Below the pieces are notes generated by a model. It saw nothing but the letters and a program-made list of their open reading frames with translations. It was not told the DNA's origin and did not search any database. 64,000 nt of DNA from a virus. Every line of letters starts with the position of its first letter. Position 1 is the first letter of the stretch. Below are positions 38,358 to 48,106 of the stretch, one piece after another. The translations under genes were made by a program, and so were the position numbers. The DNA lies in IMG/VR virus record IMGVR_UViG_3300027896_000011, positions 32,001-96,000 of that record. The stretch is one strand, 5' to 3'.

Positions 38358-38684
38358 ATGACCCCGTCTAGATATACAGCTGTAGCTTCAATTATGCGTA
38401 CTAAGGTTGCCGGAGAGATAGCAGACGCAGCTAAGAAAATGACTATAGGTGAGATGGCTGGCTCTGCGCGTAGAGGAGTAGGTCATGTTTGGGATGCAAT
38501 CAATGCTGGTGCTCAAGCCACTGCTAAACACCTAGAGGCTAAGAAGGCTCCTAAGTTCGTTTCTGGTCTTATACATGCTGCACCAACTGTTGGTGCAGCG
38601 TACTTAGGCTATAAAGGCCTTCAAGGGCTTTCTAATTGGAACACTAACCGCATTATGCGGAATCAAGTGCAGGGGGGATACTAA
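38358..38684 (+). CDS. Small putative virion/membrane protein
   Basis: TKVAG site; hydrophobic VGAAYLGY segment. Confidence 0.6.
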   Translation: MTPSRYTAVASIMRTKVAGEIADAAKKMTIGEMAGSARRGVGHVWDAINAGAQATAKHLEAKKAPKFVSGLIHAAPTVGAAYLGYKGLQGLSNWNTNRIMRNQVQGGY

Positions 38685-39316
38685 TGAACCCTGTAGAAGA
38701 GTTTCTAGAAGTTGCTACTCCAAAAGAGAAGACTGCCGCTCCTCTTAAAGCCTTGTGGCAAGGCATGAAGTTCCAAAATCTCGAGGATATATTAGCGAAG
38801 GGCGCTAAGGCTACCTCTTCTGAGAATTTTGCACACACACTAGGACAACAGTTAACAGCTGGTGGTGCGATAGGGGCAATGACATTAGGTGGCGAGGCTG
38901 CTTTCCGTGGGGTAAGACAGCTTGTAGATATGGGGGTAGATAAGTGGAGAAAGCCTATAGAATATAAAGCAATGCTTAATGCTCATCCAGAACTGCGGGA
39001 AGAAGATGCATCTAAAGTACAGGCATTGTATAACTCACTAAGACACATGTCTCCTCATATGGCAAAGGACCCGGTGATAGCTGGTTCTTTTGTACGTACG
39101 TTATTGACCCAAGGTAGTGAGGGCAGTGTGGCTATGCCCATGGATACAGCAAAGCTGTTGGCGGATACACAAAGTAAGGTAGTAGGCTCTCATAGGATGG
39201 AACCGTCCCAGTTTTCAGCGTATGTAGCTCATGGTGTTCCTGGAGAAATGCAATATCGACAGCAACGAAAAGATAAGTTAGAAGATAAAGCGCAAGAAAA
39301 TTTTGATAAAGGGTAG
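38684..39316 (+). CDS. Putative virion protein
   Basis: EKTAA site; Gly-rich hydrophobic stretch. Confidence 0.6.
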   Translation: MNPVEEFLEVATPKEKTAAPLKALWQGMKFQNLEDILAKGAKATSSENFAHTLGQQLTAGGAIGAMTLGGEAAFRGVRQLVDMGVDKWRKPIEYKAMLNAHPELREEDASKVQALYNSLRHMSPHMAKDPVIAGSFVRTLLTQGSEGSVAMPMDTAKLLADTQSKVVGSHRMEPSQFSAYVAHGVPGEMQYRQQRKDKLEDKAQENFDKG

Positions 39317-39320
39317 TTAG

Positions 39321-42275
39321 GTGATCATTAAGGTTTGTCAGTTTCAGGCACGTCGGCAAGACGGGGAAAGGCTAGTAGAGGTCTTTCAACCGGGGGAGAT
39401 GGAGAAGGCTGCGTCTTTTTTTAGTATGGGAAAGACTGCAGCCCCTTTACTTTCTCCGGTTAAGCAATTGCTCGAGACTATACGGCCAAATCCACAAAAG
39501 ATTGTACTGCTTGTAAATGCACTAGGTGCTAGTGAATATTGGTCTAGTAATATTAATGGAGATGCATTTCCAGAAGCATCTTTGATCCATAAAGGTCCAG
39601 CGTATGGATATGAGACTTTCCGCACCGCAGGCATCTACACACACCATAAGAACAAGAATATAAACGAAAGTATTGGAACAATATTACTTTCGACTTGGCA
39701 CGATTTGATGAAACGTGTTGAGCTTGTTGTGGAGATAGATAGAAGTAAAGCAGCTCAATTTGGTGCCACTAGTGTTTGTGATAAGGTAGATCAAGGAATA
39801 TACTGCGATGTGTCAATGGGCTGTAGCCCTCCTGGGACTAGAATATATAATGATTTGGGGCAAACTATTGAGATAGAACGTGTGCAGATAGGGGACGCTG
39901 TAATATCACATACAGGGAAGGTGCAACACGTATCTAAACTTATGACACGTAAATATAAGGGTACTCTTTATACTTTTAATGTTTACGGATTTCGAAGAAC
40001 ACTTAGTCTTACTGATGAACATCCATTATGGTTAGTTGATGAGGCGCAGCTTAAATGTAATCCGTCTATAGAACAGGATAATAAGAGCAGACGACAAAGG
40101 CATTGTACGCCTTTTGTACAGAGTAAATCTAAAGGATGTTCAGGTTGTATGGTAGTTCCTACTTATCAATTTGAATGGAGGCGAGCTGATGAGGTTAATG
40201 TAGGAGATTATTTAGCTTTTCCAGTTCTTGAGGGGTGTAGTAATGTTATTTCATCTATAGATGAGGCTAGATTTTTAGGGTTTTATTTAGCTGAAGGACA
40301 TGTAGGCAATTACAATGATAGGCCATTAGAACAGATAACTTTCTCATTAAATTTTCTAGAAAAAGACCTTGCTAATGAGATAGAGCAGTTAGGGCGTAAA
40401 TTAGGGGCAAAGGTAAGTTGGCAGCACGAAGTGCCTGAACGTGGTGGACGATATGTAACCATAGTTAACAAGGATTTAGCCGATAAGTGTCTACAGTTTT
40501 GTGGCTCTGGAGCTAAGACAAAAGTAGTTTCTAAGGAAGTACTTTTGCTCCCTGCTGAACGGCAATTAGCTTTCTTAGGTGCTTATTTAGATGGGGATGG
40601 CGGAGTGTATAAAGGGTCTATTTATTTTTCTACTGCATCAGAACGTTTGTCTGAACAACTGTTCACTATGCTTGCTCGTTGCGAAATCATTGCGTCAATA
40701 AATAAAATAGAACATCGTCCTTCTGAGAAGTCAGTAGTGCGTAAAGATACTGTGGAGTACCAAGTATGGGTGGGTACAGATTATTCAGTTGCTCTTCAGC
40801 CATATACGCATAAGACAGGCATATATGTATCTAGTAAGGTGAGGGGACAGCGATTTTTTTATGACCATGAGGGTGCGACATATTTGATGGCCCCAATACT
40901 GGAAATAGAAGAATCTGTTTATGACGGCGATGTATTTAATTTTTCGGTTGAGGGCGATGATAGTTATGTGGCTGAGGGGTTGGCCGTACATAATTGCAAA
41001 GTCCCGTTTGATACTTGTAGTATTTGCCTTGATCTGTCAAAGTATGAAGAAGCTAAGACTACTTTTGATCCGTCTATACATAAGAGTCCTGGAGAAGCTA
41101 TTTTAATTGCGCATAAGAAAAATCCTATTCGTGGTGTTTCAATTACTAGAAATGACTATTGTGCTCATTTACGTAAACAATTAAATAAGATTCTTCCTGA
41201 CGGGCGTAAAGTGTGCGCTATCAATGACTATCCAAGATTCTTTGATATCTCTTTTGTGTTTATTGGTGCGGATAAGACAGCCAAGGTAATGGCTAAATTA
41301 GCTTCTAACTCTTTCTCCGGTGAAACAATTCCTTCCTGGCAAGTGGCAGAAGAAGATGGTTATACGGAGATGCCCATGGAAAAGGCAGCTTCTGTAGGTA
41401 CATTACTTCCACGAGTTAAGTCTGCTGCTGAGATCAAATCTGGAGAAATAGAGAAGGATGTTATACCGTCACAATTTGGTTCTAAAGCTATACCAGCTAA
41501 AGACGACATCCCTAATGATATTTTGGATACTTTGGGTGGACGAGATTTAAGTGAAGCTCTCTCTACACCTACTATGATGGGTATGTTTCTACGCCCACGT
41601 GAGTTCCAGCGTATAACAATTATCAGTATGGGGAATAAACCTTTAGCTGATGAATTGGATAATAAAGGTATTGTGTTCCCTCATACAGATGAAGATGAAT
41701 CTCCTGCAGATATGGGGTCTGGTCATTTTAGCGATGTGATTAAAAAGCTATTGATGCCCTTTTTAGAGGGGCGTAGCGCATTAGAGCCAGTAGCTAAGAG
41801 AAGAATGGTTAAGATTACTATTATGGGCAGCCCCAAAGATGAGGCCCCTTTATTGAAGACCTCTTCTCATCCATTTATGCAGAAATTATCTGCTGCATAT
41901 AATGGATATCTTCGCAATGCAATAGGGTGTTTAAGTGATGTTCCTGATCTAGTAGAGGCAGACCCCTATTTGTGGTCCGCTGTTCACAATAGAAGTGTAG
42001 GCGATATCTTTTTTAAGACTGCAGAAGTTAGTGCTCCACATGTGTTAGGTGCAGCTATTGCTGCTGAAGCTATTTCTGTAATGGCTAGGCGGGATATAAA
42101 ACGTAAGGAAATGCAGGGGGAACAGGCCGGATTAATAGAAGATCTGATTGCCACCCACCCCCACGTCCTGGCATCATTAGCCGCACTAGGTGTTTTACAC
42201 GCAGAAGGTTCTTCCCTTCCGAAAGATTTACTAGCAAAATTGACCAGTATAGGTAAGAGTGTGATTTCTCGGTGA
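39321..42275 (+). CDS. Prohead (capsid maturation) protease, intein-containing (about 593 aa spliced)
   Basis: NINGDAFP, YTHH, spliced DVSMG/CKV..CSIC, CAH, FFDISFV..GAD; lies upstream of the scaffold and capsid genes. Confidence 0.75.
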   Translation: MIIKVCQFQARRQDGERLVEVFQPGEMEKAASFFSMGKTAAPLLSPVKQLLETIRPNPQKIVLLVNALGASEYWSSNINGDAFPEASLIHKGPAYGYETFRTAGIYTHHKNKNINESIGTILLSTWHDLMKRVELVVEIDRSKAAQFGATSVCDKVDQGIYCDVSMGCSPPGTRIYNDLGQTIEIERVQIGDAVISHTGKVQHVSKLMTRKYKGTLYTFNVYGFRRTLSLTDEHPLWLVDEAQLKCNPSIEQDNKSRRQRHCTPFVQSKSKGCSGCMVVPTYQFEWRRADEVNVGDYLAFPVLEGCSNVISSIDEARFLGFYLAEGHVGNYNDRPLEQITFSLNFLEKDLANEIEQLGRKLGAKVSWQHEVPERGGRYVTIVNKDLADKCLQFCGSGAKTKVVSKEVLLLPAERQLAFLGAYLDGDGGVYKGSIYFSTASERLSEQLFTMLARCEIIASINKIEHRPSEKSVVRKDTVEYQVWVGTDYSVALQPYTHKTGIYVSSKVRGQRFFYDHEGATYLMAPILEIEESVYDGDVFNFSVEGDDSYVAEGLAVHNCKVPFDTCSICLDLSKYEEAKTTFDPSIHKSPGEAILIAHKKNPIRGVSITRNDYCAHLRKQLNKILPDGRKVCAINDYPRFFDISFVFIGADKTAKVMAKLASNSFSGETIPSWQVAEEDGYTEMPMEKAASVGTLLPRVKSAAEIKSGEIEKDVIPSQFGSKAIPAKDDIPNDILDTLGGRDLSEALSTPTMMGMFLRPREFQRITIISMGNKPLADELDNKGIVFPHTDEDESPADMGSGHFSDVIKKLLMPFLEGRSALEPVAKRRMVKITIMGSPKDEAPLLKTSSHPFMQKLSAAYNGYLRNAIGCLSDVPDLVEADPYLWSAVHNRSVGDIFFKTAEVSAPHVLGAAIAAEAISVMARRDIKRKEMQGEQAGLIEDLIATHPHVLASLAALGVLHAEGSSLPKDLLAKLTSIGKSVISR
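39822..40994 (+). mobile_element. Protease intein (391 aa, LAGLIDADG)
   Basis: SMG|CSPPGT...LTDEHP...LGFYLAEG...FLGAYLDGDG...VHN|CKV. Confidence 0.92.
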
Positions 42276-42354
42276 GGTTAGAGGCTTCGTACCTCGAGGA
42301 AACAAGATCACCGACAAGCGAAACCAAAACAAACCGAGTATTAGGAGATTCCAC

Positions 42355-43197
42355 ATGGACGCACAGTTGGCACAAATCTATGGCACTGGAAACAATGCCG
42401 AGGATGATCAGGTTAAATTGGCCGCTGCAGAGCTTCTTGTAAAGCTAGCAGAGGATAATAACGTTGATCTAAATCAGTTCGATGACACTGAAATTGCTCA
42501 GATGATCAACGAGCTTCACAAGACTGCAGAGTTCCCTCCTGCTGCAGAAGAGAAGAAAGAATCTAAGGAGACTCCAGAGTCGAAAGAATCTTCATCTGAG
42601 TCTTCTGAATCGGCGGAGAAGGCTGCTGAAGAGAAGGTAGCTGAGGCTGATTTCCTTGGTCGTGTAATGGCTCACTCGTTTAATCAAGAGCTCACTGAGA
42701 TTCAGAAGCAAGCTGGAATTAAAGATATGGCAGGCAAGGCCGTATCAGGCGCTAAGGGTCTTTTTGAGAAGCATATAGCTCCCGCAGCTAAGCGCGGAGG
42801 AGAGCTCATCACTGGTAGTCGTGCAAGGGAGCTTAAGGGTGCGGATGAGATTGGTAAGCGACTAGCTCCCAAGTCAAAAGAAACTAAGTACGTCAGTAAT
42901 CTGCTTAAGGGCGAAAAGAATAAGGTTCTAGCTACTAGAATCGGTCTTGGCGCTGGTGCAGCAGGTCTTGGCGCTGGTGCAGCTATGGGCAAGAAGAAGG
43001 AGTCTTCGGCTCTTGACACTCTAGCTTCTGAGCGTGCATGGGAACTAGCTAAGGAAGCTGGTTGGGTAGACGCAGAGGGTAACCTGGTCGTTCCTCAGAC
43101 TGAAGAGAAGGTAGCTTCTCAGGTGGACATCGAAGTTGAGCGTCGTGCCCTGCAGATGCTCGAGGCAGAGGGTCTTCCCGTTCAGTGGAATGAATAA
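42355..43197 (+). CDS. Scaffold/internal head protein candidate
   Basis: Acidic, Ala/Glu-rich; at least eight K-x-[AS] sites; Gly zipper. Confidence 0.6.
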   Translation: MDAQLAQIYGTGNNAEDDQVKLAAAELLVKLAEDNNVDLNQFDDTEIAQMINELHKTAEFPPAAEEKKESKETPESKESSSESSESAEKAAEEKVAEADFLGRVMAHSFNQELTEIQKQAGIKDMAGKAVSGAKGLFEKHIAPAAKRGGELITGSRARELKGADEIGKRLAPKSKETKYVSNLLKGEKNKVLATRIGLGAGAAGLGAGAAMGKKKESSALDTLASERAWELAKEAGWVDAEGNLVVPQTEEKVASQVDIEVERRALQMLEAEGLPVQWNE

Positions 43198-43203
43198 CAC
43201 CCT

Positions 43204-43476
43204 ATGACTGGGATCGGAATGTTGGCGTTTTTTGAAGAACTGGAAAAGCTGGGCGGTCTAGCCCGCTCTATGGATAGTCCTTGGGGAACCAAGACTGTTG
43301 GAGCACCTAGGTCTAAGATCACCCCAGCCCAGTTCCCTAAAGCGCCAACAGCTCCGGGCCCTATGTCCCCTAAATTGGTAACCCCGGCAGCTAAGTACGG
43401 TCCCAGCCAAAACTATTCTCAACCTAACTTTGCGACCCCACCAACAGCAGGTGTTGCAGATGTAGGTGGAGTATAG
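43204..43476 (+). CDS. Small Pro-rich protein with FFEELEKLG tag
   Basis: Shares the N-terminal tag with other ORFs. Confidence 0.55.
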   Translation: MTGIGMLAFFEELEKLGGLARSMDSPWGTKTVGAPRSKITPAQFPKAPTAPGPMSPKLVTPAAKYGPSQNYSQPNFATPPTAGVADVGGV

Positions 43477-43517
43477 CAAGGCAGCACTGCCAACAAGTTT
43501 TGTAATTGGAGGATTCG

Positions 43518-44570
43518 ATGCATATCTCGCTACAAGCAATGGTTGCTACAGCGCTGGCTGAGGCTGAGGAACGTGAAAAGCTCGCAGCAGCAGACGGCGA
43601 TGCCGTAGCCAACGGAGAAGATACTGATATTAATGATGGAAAGGGTAAGGAGCCTAGTGCTGCTAATGCCTCTCCCAATAACCCTGCTACCGTTCCCGAA
43701 AGGAACGAAACTAGCAAGGCTGACGGTGAAAAGACCTCGATGGTAGCTAATAAACTAGCTAGCGCCATTGAGTACCTTAATGAGAACTGGCTGTCTAAGG
43801 TAGCCGTAGGAGAAATTACTCCTCCTACTCCGGCCGGACAACCAGAAGCTAAGATTGGTCCAGGCGAAGGTCCAGGTGCCTTTGAGACGAATGTAAATTC
43901 GCCTACCCCTGGTGTCCAGTCTGAGGCTGTAGGACAAGCACAAACTGGTGTTATCCCTATGAAGCCAGGCACTGATTCGGCCTCCCCCGGACAGACAAAT
44001 ACTGATACTGCCATGGAGACTACTATTAATAATCCTCCCGGTGGTAGTGAAGACTGGACTAAGAAAGATGTGCTTAAGCAAGCTGCTGCAGCTCTCTTAA
44101 TTAAGAAGGCTGCTAGTAAGAAAGTAGCTCGAGTACTTCAAATCATTAAAGAAGCAGATGTCCCTCCACAGGCAACTGCTTCTGAAGAGGGTGTACCTGC
44201 TCTCCCAGGACCTGCTGCGTCTCAGGAGAGGATGATTGATAGTAATCAAGCAGCCATAAACTATACTAAGCGTGATGCGAAGGCAGAGCCCAAAGAGCGG
44301 ATGGGTGAGGTTCTTAGTGAGCCAGCTCAGAAGAAGACGACGGATACTGTCCTTCAGAACAACCTCTCTACTACTAACGAAGCTGGGACCAAAATCTCTT
44401 CAGCTAAGATAGCAGCAGCGAGGGCCTACCTCAGCAAGATTGCGGAGGAAGGTTGCAGCTCTGATGCTTCGCCGGAAGCAAAAGAGAAGGCGGATAGACT
44501 TAAGTCTATCCTAGAAGCCAAGCAGAAAGAGAAGTCGAGTCAGTTCGATGCCTCTAAAGAGACTTTCTAA
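43518..44570 (+). CDS. Scaffold-like low-complexity head protein
   Basis: Pro/Glu/Ala-rich; many K-x-A sites; start MHISLQ is likely. Confidence 0.6.
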   Translation: MHISLQAMVATALAEAEEREKLAAADGDAVANGEDTDINDGKGKEPSAANASPNNPATVPERNETSKADGEKTSMVANKLASAIEYLNENWLSKVAVGEITPPTPAGQPEAKIGPGEGPGAFETNVNSPTPGVQSEAVGQAQTGVIPMKPGTDSASPGQTNTDTAMETTINNPPGGSEDWTKKDVLKQAAAALLIKKAASKKVARVLQIIKEADVPPQATASEEGVPALPGPAASQERMIDSNQAAINYTKRDAKAEPKERMGEVLSEPAQKKTTDTVLQNNLSTTNEAGTKISSAKIAAARAYLSKIAEEGCSSDASPEAKEKADRLKSILEAKQKEKSSQFDASKETF

Positions 44571-44575
44571 GAAGG

Positions 44576-44950
44576 ATGAAGAACATGGAATCTAAGACTA
44601 AGATCAGCGCAGCACAGGCAGCCCAGGTCTACGCCGAGGTACCAACAGTCCTTCGGAAGCTAGCCTCTGAAAGAGATCAACTACAGCGTGAGCTAGACGG
44701 TTATCGTCTAGGTTCTCGAATTGTGAAACTTGCTCAACTCATGGAAGACAAGAAAGTCAATCTTGGCCTTTCACGGGAAGAGAAAGTTGCACAAATTAAA
44801 GAAGCTCATGCCAAGGGTAGGTCTCTAGAAGCAATTGAGGAAGCTATTGAGATGACTGCTCCTAACGGAGAAATTGCAAAGATGGCTTCTGAAGATGCCG
44901 GAAACGGTATTAACTCGCTCGAGTCGTATCTACTTGGTGACCTGGCGTAA
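44576..44950 (+). CDS. Coiled-coil scaffold-like protein
   Basis: Precedes the decoration and capsid genes. Confidence 0.6.
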   Translation: MKNMESKTKISAAQAAQVYAEVPTVLRKLASERDQLQRELDGYRLGSRIVKLAQLMEDKKVNLGLSREEKVAQIKEAHAKGRSLEAIEEAIEMTAPNGEIAKMASEDAGNGINSLESYLLGDLA

Positions 44951-44993
44951 GTCAGGGTTCCGAGGACAAAGTAACAACAAATAGGAGAATACC

Positions 44994-45440
44994 ATGATCG
45001 TCAACTTTGAACTAGTCACAGACGTACAGGACCTGATTCGCAGGGACTTTACGGTTGCTGACCCCACCATCGTTAACCCAACTAATTCGAACCCACTGCT
45101 TGACGGTGAGTTCGTAGCACTTAACTCGTCATATCAACTTGTTCGCGCAGGCACAGGAGGCCTTGGCTTCGCAGTATTTGCAGAACGTGGACGTTTCGAC
45201 GTTCAGGCTCTTGGCAAGACTACAGTCTTGTTTGCAAAACCATACGAAGCAGACACTCGTATCTTCACCGCAGCAGGTCTTACCTTGGGCGGAGCTCTTA
45301 AAATCTCATCCTCGGTTACTTACGACAGCCAGACTCGCTCTGGTCTAGTTGCATACGATTCAGGTATCGTTCTTGGATACGTGACTCGTTTGCCTGCAAA
45401 TAATGGCAGCAAGCTGCGGTTCCTCAAGACCCTCGGGTAA
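44994..45440 (+). CDS. Capsid decoration/cement protein candidate
   Basis: 148-aa beta-rich ORF immediately before the major capsid gene; strong RBS. Confidence 0.55.
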   Translation: MIVNFELVTDVQDLIRRDFTVADPTIVNPTNSNPLLDGEFVALNSSYQLVRAGTGGLGFAVFAERGRFDVQALGKTTVLFAKPYEADTRIFTAAGLTLGGALKISSSVTYDSQTRSGLVAYDSGIVLGYVTRLPANNGSKLRFLKTLG

Positions 45441-45476
45441 TTGAGGCTAACAAGGTTTCTTACAAAGGATAATAAA

Positions 45477-46598
45477 ATGAGCGTTCCATCCAGAATTTTG
45501 AATGATCTGTTCACTCAGAAGTTGGACTCTGCTGAAGGGCAGGAAAAAATTGCTGAGTATGCTGGTACTTACATCCGCGACCGTTTGCGTGAGGTTGCTT
45601 TCTCACGAAAGATTATTCCACCGCAACAGGTAACACGGGCAGATTGCCAGCGTTCAGTACATCACGATACACTAGTTAAGATCGTCGATGTAGAACCAAA
45701 GAGCCGTGCAATGAGCTTGACTTTCCGTGGTCAACCCACTGCTCGCTTCATCCGCGCTCCTCGTGCGGAAGTTCCCTTCTTCACTATCTCCTCGGAAAAG
45801 TTCGAGAAGACTGAACAGGAACTTTTGGCCTACGAAATGCCCATCACTAAGGTCATTGAGGATAACTCCGTTAAGGATATCCAAGAGATCGAAGACCGCG
45901 AGTTCACAATCCACATTGAAGCAGCCGTCCAAGCTCTACAAAAGGAAGCTAATGGCAATGTGGTTACCACTCTAGATGCAACAACAGTTGCCGCTGCAGG
46001 TGTTGTAGAGTTCTCTGTTCGTAAAGGCGAACTTGCTCGTCACGCTTCAACCAATACTGCGGTATCTCTACCTATTCAAAAGCCTGACTTGGTTAACCTG
46101 TTCAAAATGCTCTCGGGAAACCGTCTGCGTGGCGAAATGGTTCTGATGACGGAAGTAGATTGGGACGATATCCTTCAGTGGACTACTGAAGACGTAGGTA
46201 ATAAGATCGTAAGTGAGACTACCGTTGAAGGGTATAAGTACAATCTGCTCATGGGCCGTGCGTACTGCCGTACCATCAAGACCGACATTCTTCGTCCAGG
46301 TAACCTCTACTTGTTCACGAAGCCTGACTTCTTCGGTAAGTTCTTTATCTTGAATAACACCAAGTTCTATATTGACAAGATTGCCAATATGATCACTTGG
46401 CAGTCATGGGAAGATATCGCTGTCAGCGTTATCAACATTGCAGCAGTTCGTAAGCTCGAGCTCTACTCGGGTGATGCAACCAGCTTAGATGCAGATAGCA
46501 TCCTGTCAAGCGTAATTCCAATGGCAGAGGAAGACCTCGGTCAAGAAAACAACAGGGTCGATGTTGGAATGACATTCCCGACTGTCGAAATTTATTAA
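45477..46598 (+). CDS. Major capsid protein (HK97-fold candidate)
   Basis: 373 aa from MSVPSR; position after protease/scaffold/decoration genes; IQEIEDREF backbone-helix-like segment; strong hairpin downstream. Confidence 0.7.
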   Translation: MSVPSRILNDLFTQKLDSAEGQEKIAEYAGTYIRDRLREVAFSRKIIPPQQVTRADCQRSVHHDTLVKIVDVEPKSRAMSLTFRGQPTARFIRAPRAEVPFFTISSEKFEKTEQELLAYEMPITKVIEDNSVKDIQEIEDREFTIHIEAAVQALQKEANGNVVTTLDATTVAAAGVVEFSVRKGELARHASTNTAVSLPIQKPDLVNLFKMLSGNRLRGEMVLMTEVDWDDILQWTTEDVGNKIVSETTVEGYKYNLLMGRAYCRTIKTDILRPGNLYLFTKPDFFGKFFILNNTKFYIDKIANMITWQSWEDIAVSVINIAAVRKLELYSGDATSLDADSILSSVIPMAEEDLGQENNRVDVGMTFPTVEIY

Positions 46599-46628
46599 AA
46601 TCTCTTAATTAGCTTTATAGCTAGTTCT

Positions 46629-46667
46629 GAAACGGGGAGTTTGGCTGGTTAGCCAGCTCCCCGTTTC
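46629..46667 (+). terminator. Strong hairpin after the capsid gene
   Basis: GAAACGGGGAG..TGGCT/AGCCA..CTCCCCGTTTC; no U-tract. Confidence 0.6.
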
Positions 46668-46700
46668 GCTAAGATGATACGTACTTTTAGGAGAAACCAA

Positions 46701-47255
46701 ATGGCTGAGTTCGTTCCCACATACGTAATCCATAATCAGTTTCGTGCCCAAAGCTCTCATGCACAGCGCTCTATTGCCCCCCAACCATTTACTTCTGTAG
46801 AATGGTTAGCCGGAAGAAGAATTCTACCAAAAAGACCCATTCGCCTAACTGAAAAAGAATACAAAGCCTTAGAACAGGAAATTCTAGCTAAGGTACGTGA
46901 AGGACGCCTGGCAATAACCTGTCCAGACTTGTCTTTTATAGATTCCCGGCCGGATGGTAGAATATTTATTACTTATTTAACTAGGCCAATTGCTGAAGAA
47001 GGTATCACTCTCCCAGTTGGGCTAAGTACTATTACAGATGTTCTATCAACTCCACCAGTAACAAATGTAGTTACTCCTCCGGAAGTAATCACGGTTGAGA
47101 CAGTTGTGCCTCCAGTTACAGACGAAGTTGCTATAAAACTTGAAACATCTAGCGATGAGGTAGTAGCTGATACATCGCCGGATATGGATGAGAATAGTAT
47201 AATTACTTTAGATCAGCCAAGAAAGAAACGGCGTAAGGGAGAGCTCAATGGCTAA
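46701..47255 (+). CDS. Hypothetical protein
   Basis: Start MAEFVP with RBS AGGAG. Confidence 0.6.
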   Translation: MAEFVPTYVIHNQFRAQSSHAQRSIAPQPFTSVEWLAGRRILPKRPIRLTEKEYKALEQEILAKVREGRLAITCPDLSFIDSRPDGRIFITYLTRPIAEEGITLPVGLSTITDVLSTPPVTNVVTPPEVITVETVVPPVTDEVAIKLETSSDEVVADTSPDMDENSIITLDQPRKKRRKGELNG

Positions 47256-47526
47256 AGTATTAAATACCACTGATAGAAATCTTACCGTAGAAAGATGGAC
47301 ACTTCTTGCCGGAAGTACTAAATGTATAGACCAGCAAGGTAATGTACGTTATGAACTGCCAGATTCTGTTGCCTTTGGTCCGGTAGTAAAACATCTAACG
47401 GACCTAGGACTGGTTACACTTACTGGAATAGCTCATCAGACAATAGAAAAATCTGATAGCGAACCACCAGTTCATTATGTGTCTAAGTCTCAACGTAAAA
47501 GACTGCGGGAACAACAGAAAGGGTAG
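47248..47526 (+). CDS. Hypothetical protein
   Basis: 92-aa ORF in the operon. Confidence 0.6.
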   Translation: MAKVLNTTDRNLTVERWTLLAGSTKCIDQQGNVRYELPDSVAFGPVVKHLTDLGLVTLTGIAHQTIEKSDSEPPVHYVSKSQRKRLREQQKG

Positions 47527-47528
47527 CT

Positions 47529-48050
47529 GTGGCCCAGCAATTACAAGGCCTGGCCGGAGTAGCAGGAGGAGCAACTAGCCCCCTCTTTAACTCCTTTATC
47601 CAAACCGTCCGTTTCTTTATGAGGGACCATCCTCAATTGAACCGGTTGGTAAAAGGACAAGAACATTCAGATCGTATGATCGCTTGGGCTATTATGGACT
47701 TCCTGTCTGATTGGGCAGGTACACCTCCAGACTTAGGCTATATGACTCTAGAAGAGATGTTCTATAAACATTATCAATCTTTTGCTCTCCGGGGTACTTG
47801 TGTAGCCTTGCTACAGTCAATAGGTATCCTCCAAACTCGTAATCAATTGCAATTCTCTGACGGCGGAATAAGTGTAGATGCAAATAATAAAGCACCTATG
47901 TGGATGCAGTGGATTAGAGATTTTTCCACTAAGTATGAACAAGAAAAGGTTCAGAGAAAAGTAGCGATCAATATTGCTAATATGATGACCAGTTACTCTG
48001 GCGTTCATAGTGAGTATTTCTTCGTTAATGGGTGGTATGGCGTTTACTAA
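47529..48050 (+). CDS. Head-tail adaptor/neck protein candidate
   Basis: Position after the capsid gene; QFSDGGISV motif. Confidence 0.5.
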   Translation: MAQQLQGLAGVAGGATSPLFNSFIQTVRFFMRDHPQLNRLVKGQEHSDRMIAWAIMDFLSDWAGTPPDLGYMTLEEMFYKHYQSFALRGTCVALLQSIGILQTRNQLQFSDGGISVDANNKAPMWMQWIRDFSTKYEQEKVQRKVAINIANMMTSYSGVHSEYFFVNGWYGVY

Positions 48051-48106
48051 TTTGCCAATGGCTGGTATGGCGTATATCCTTGCAACTTACTCCTTCAGAA
48101 TATCAA

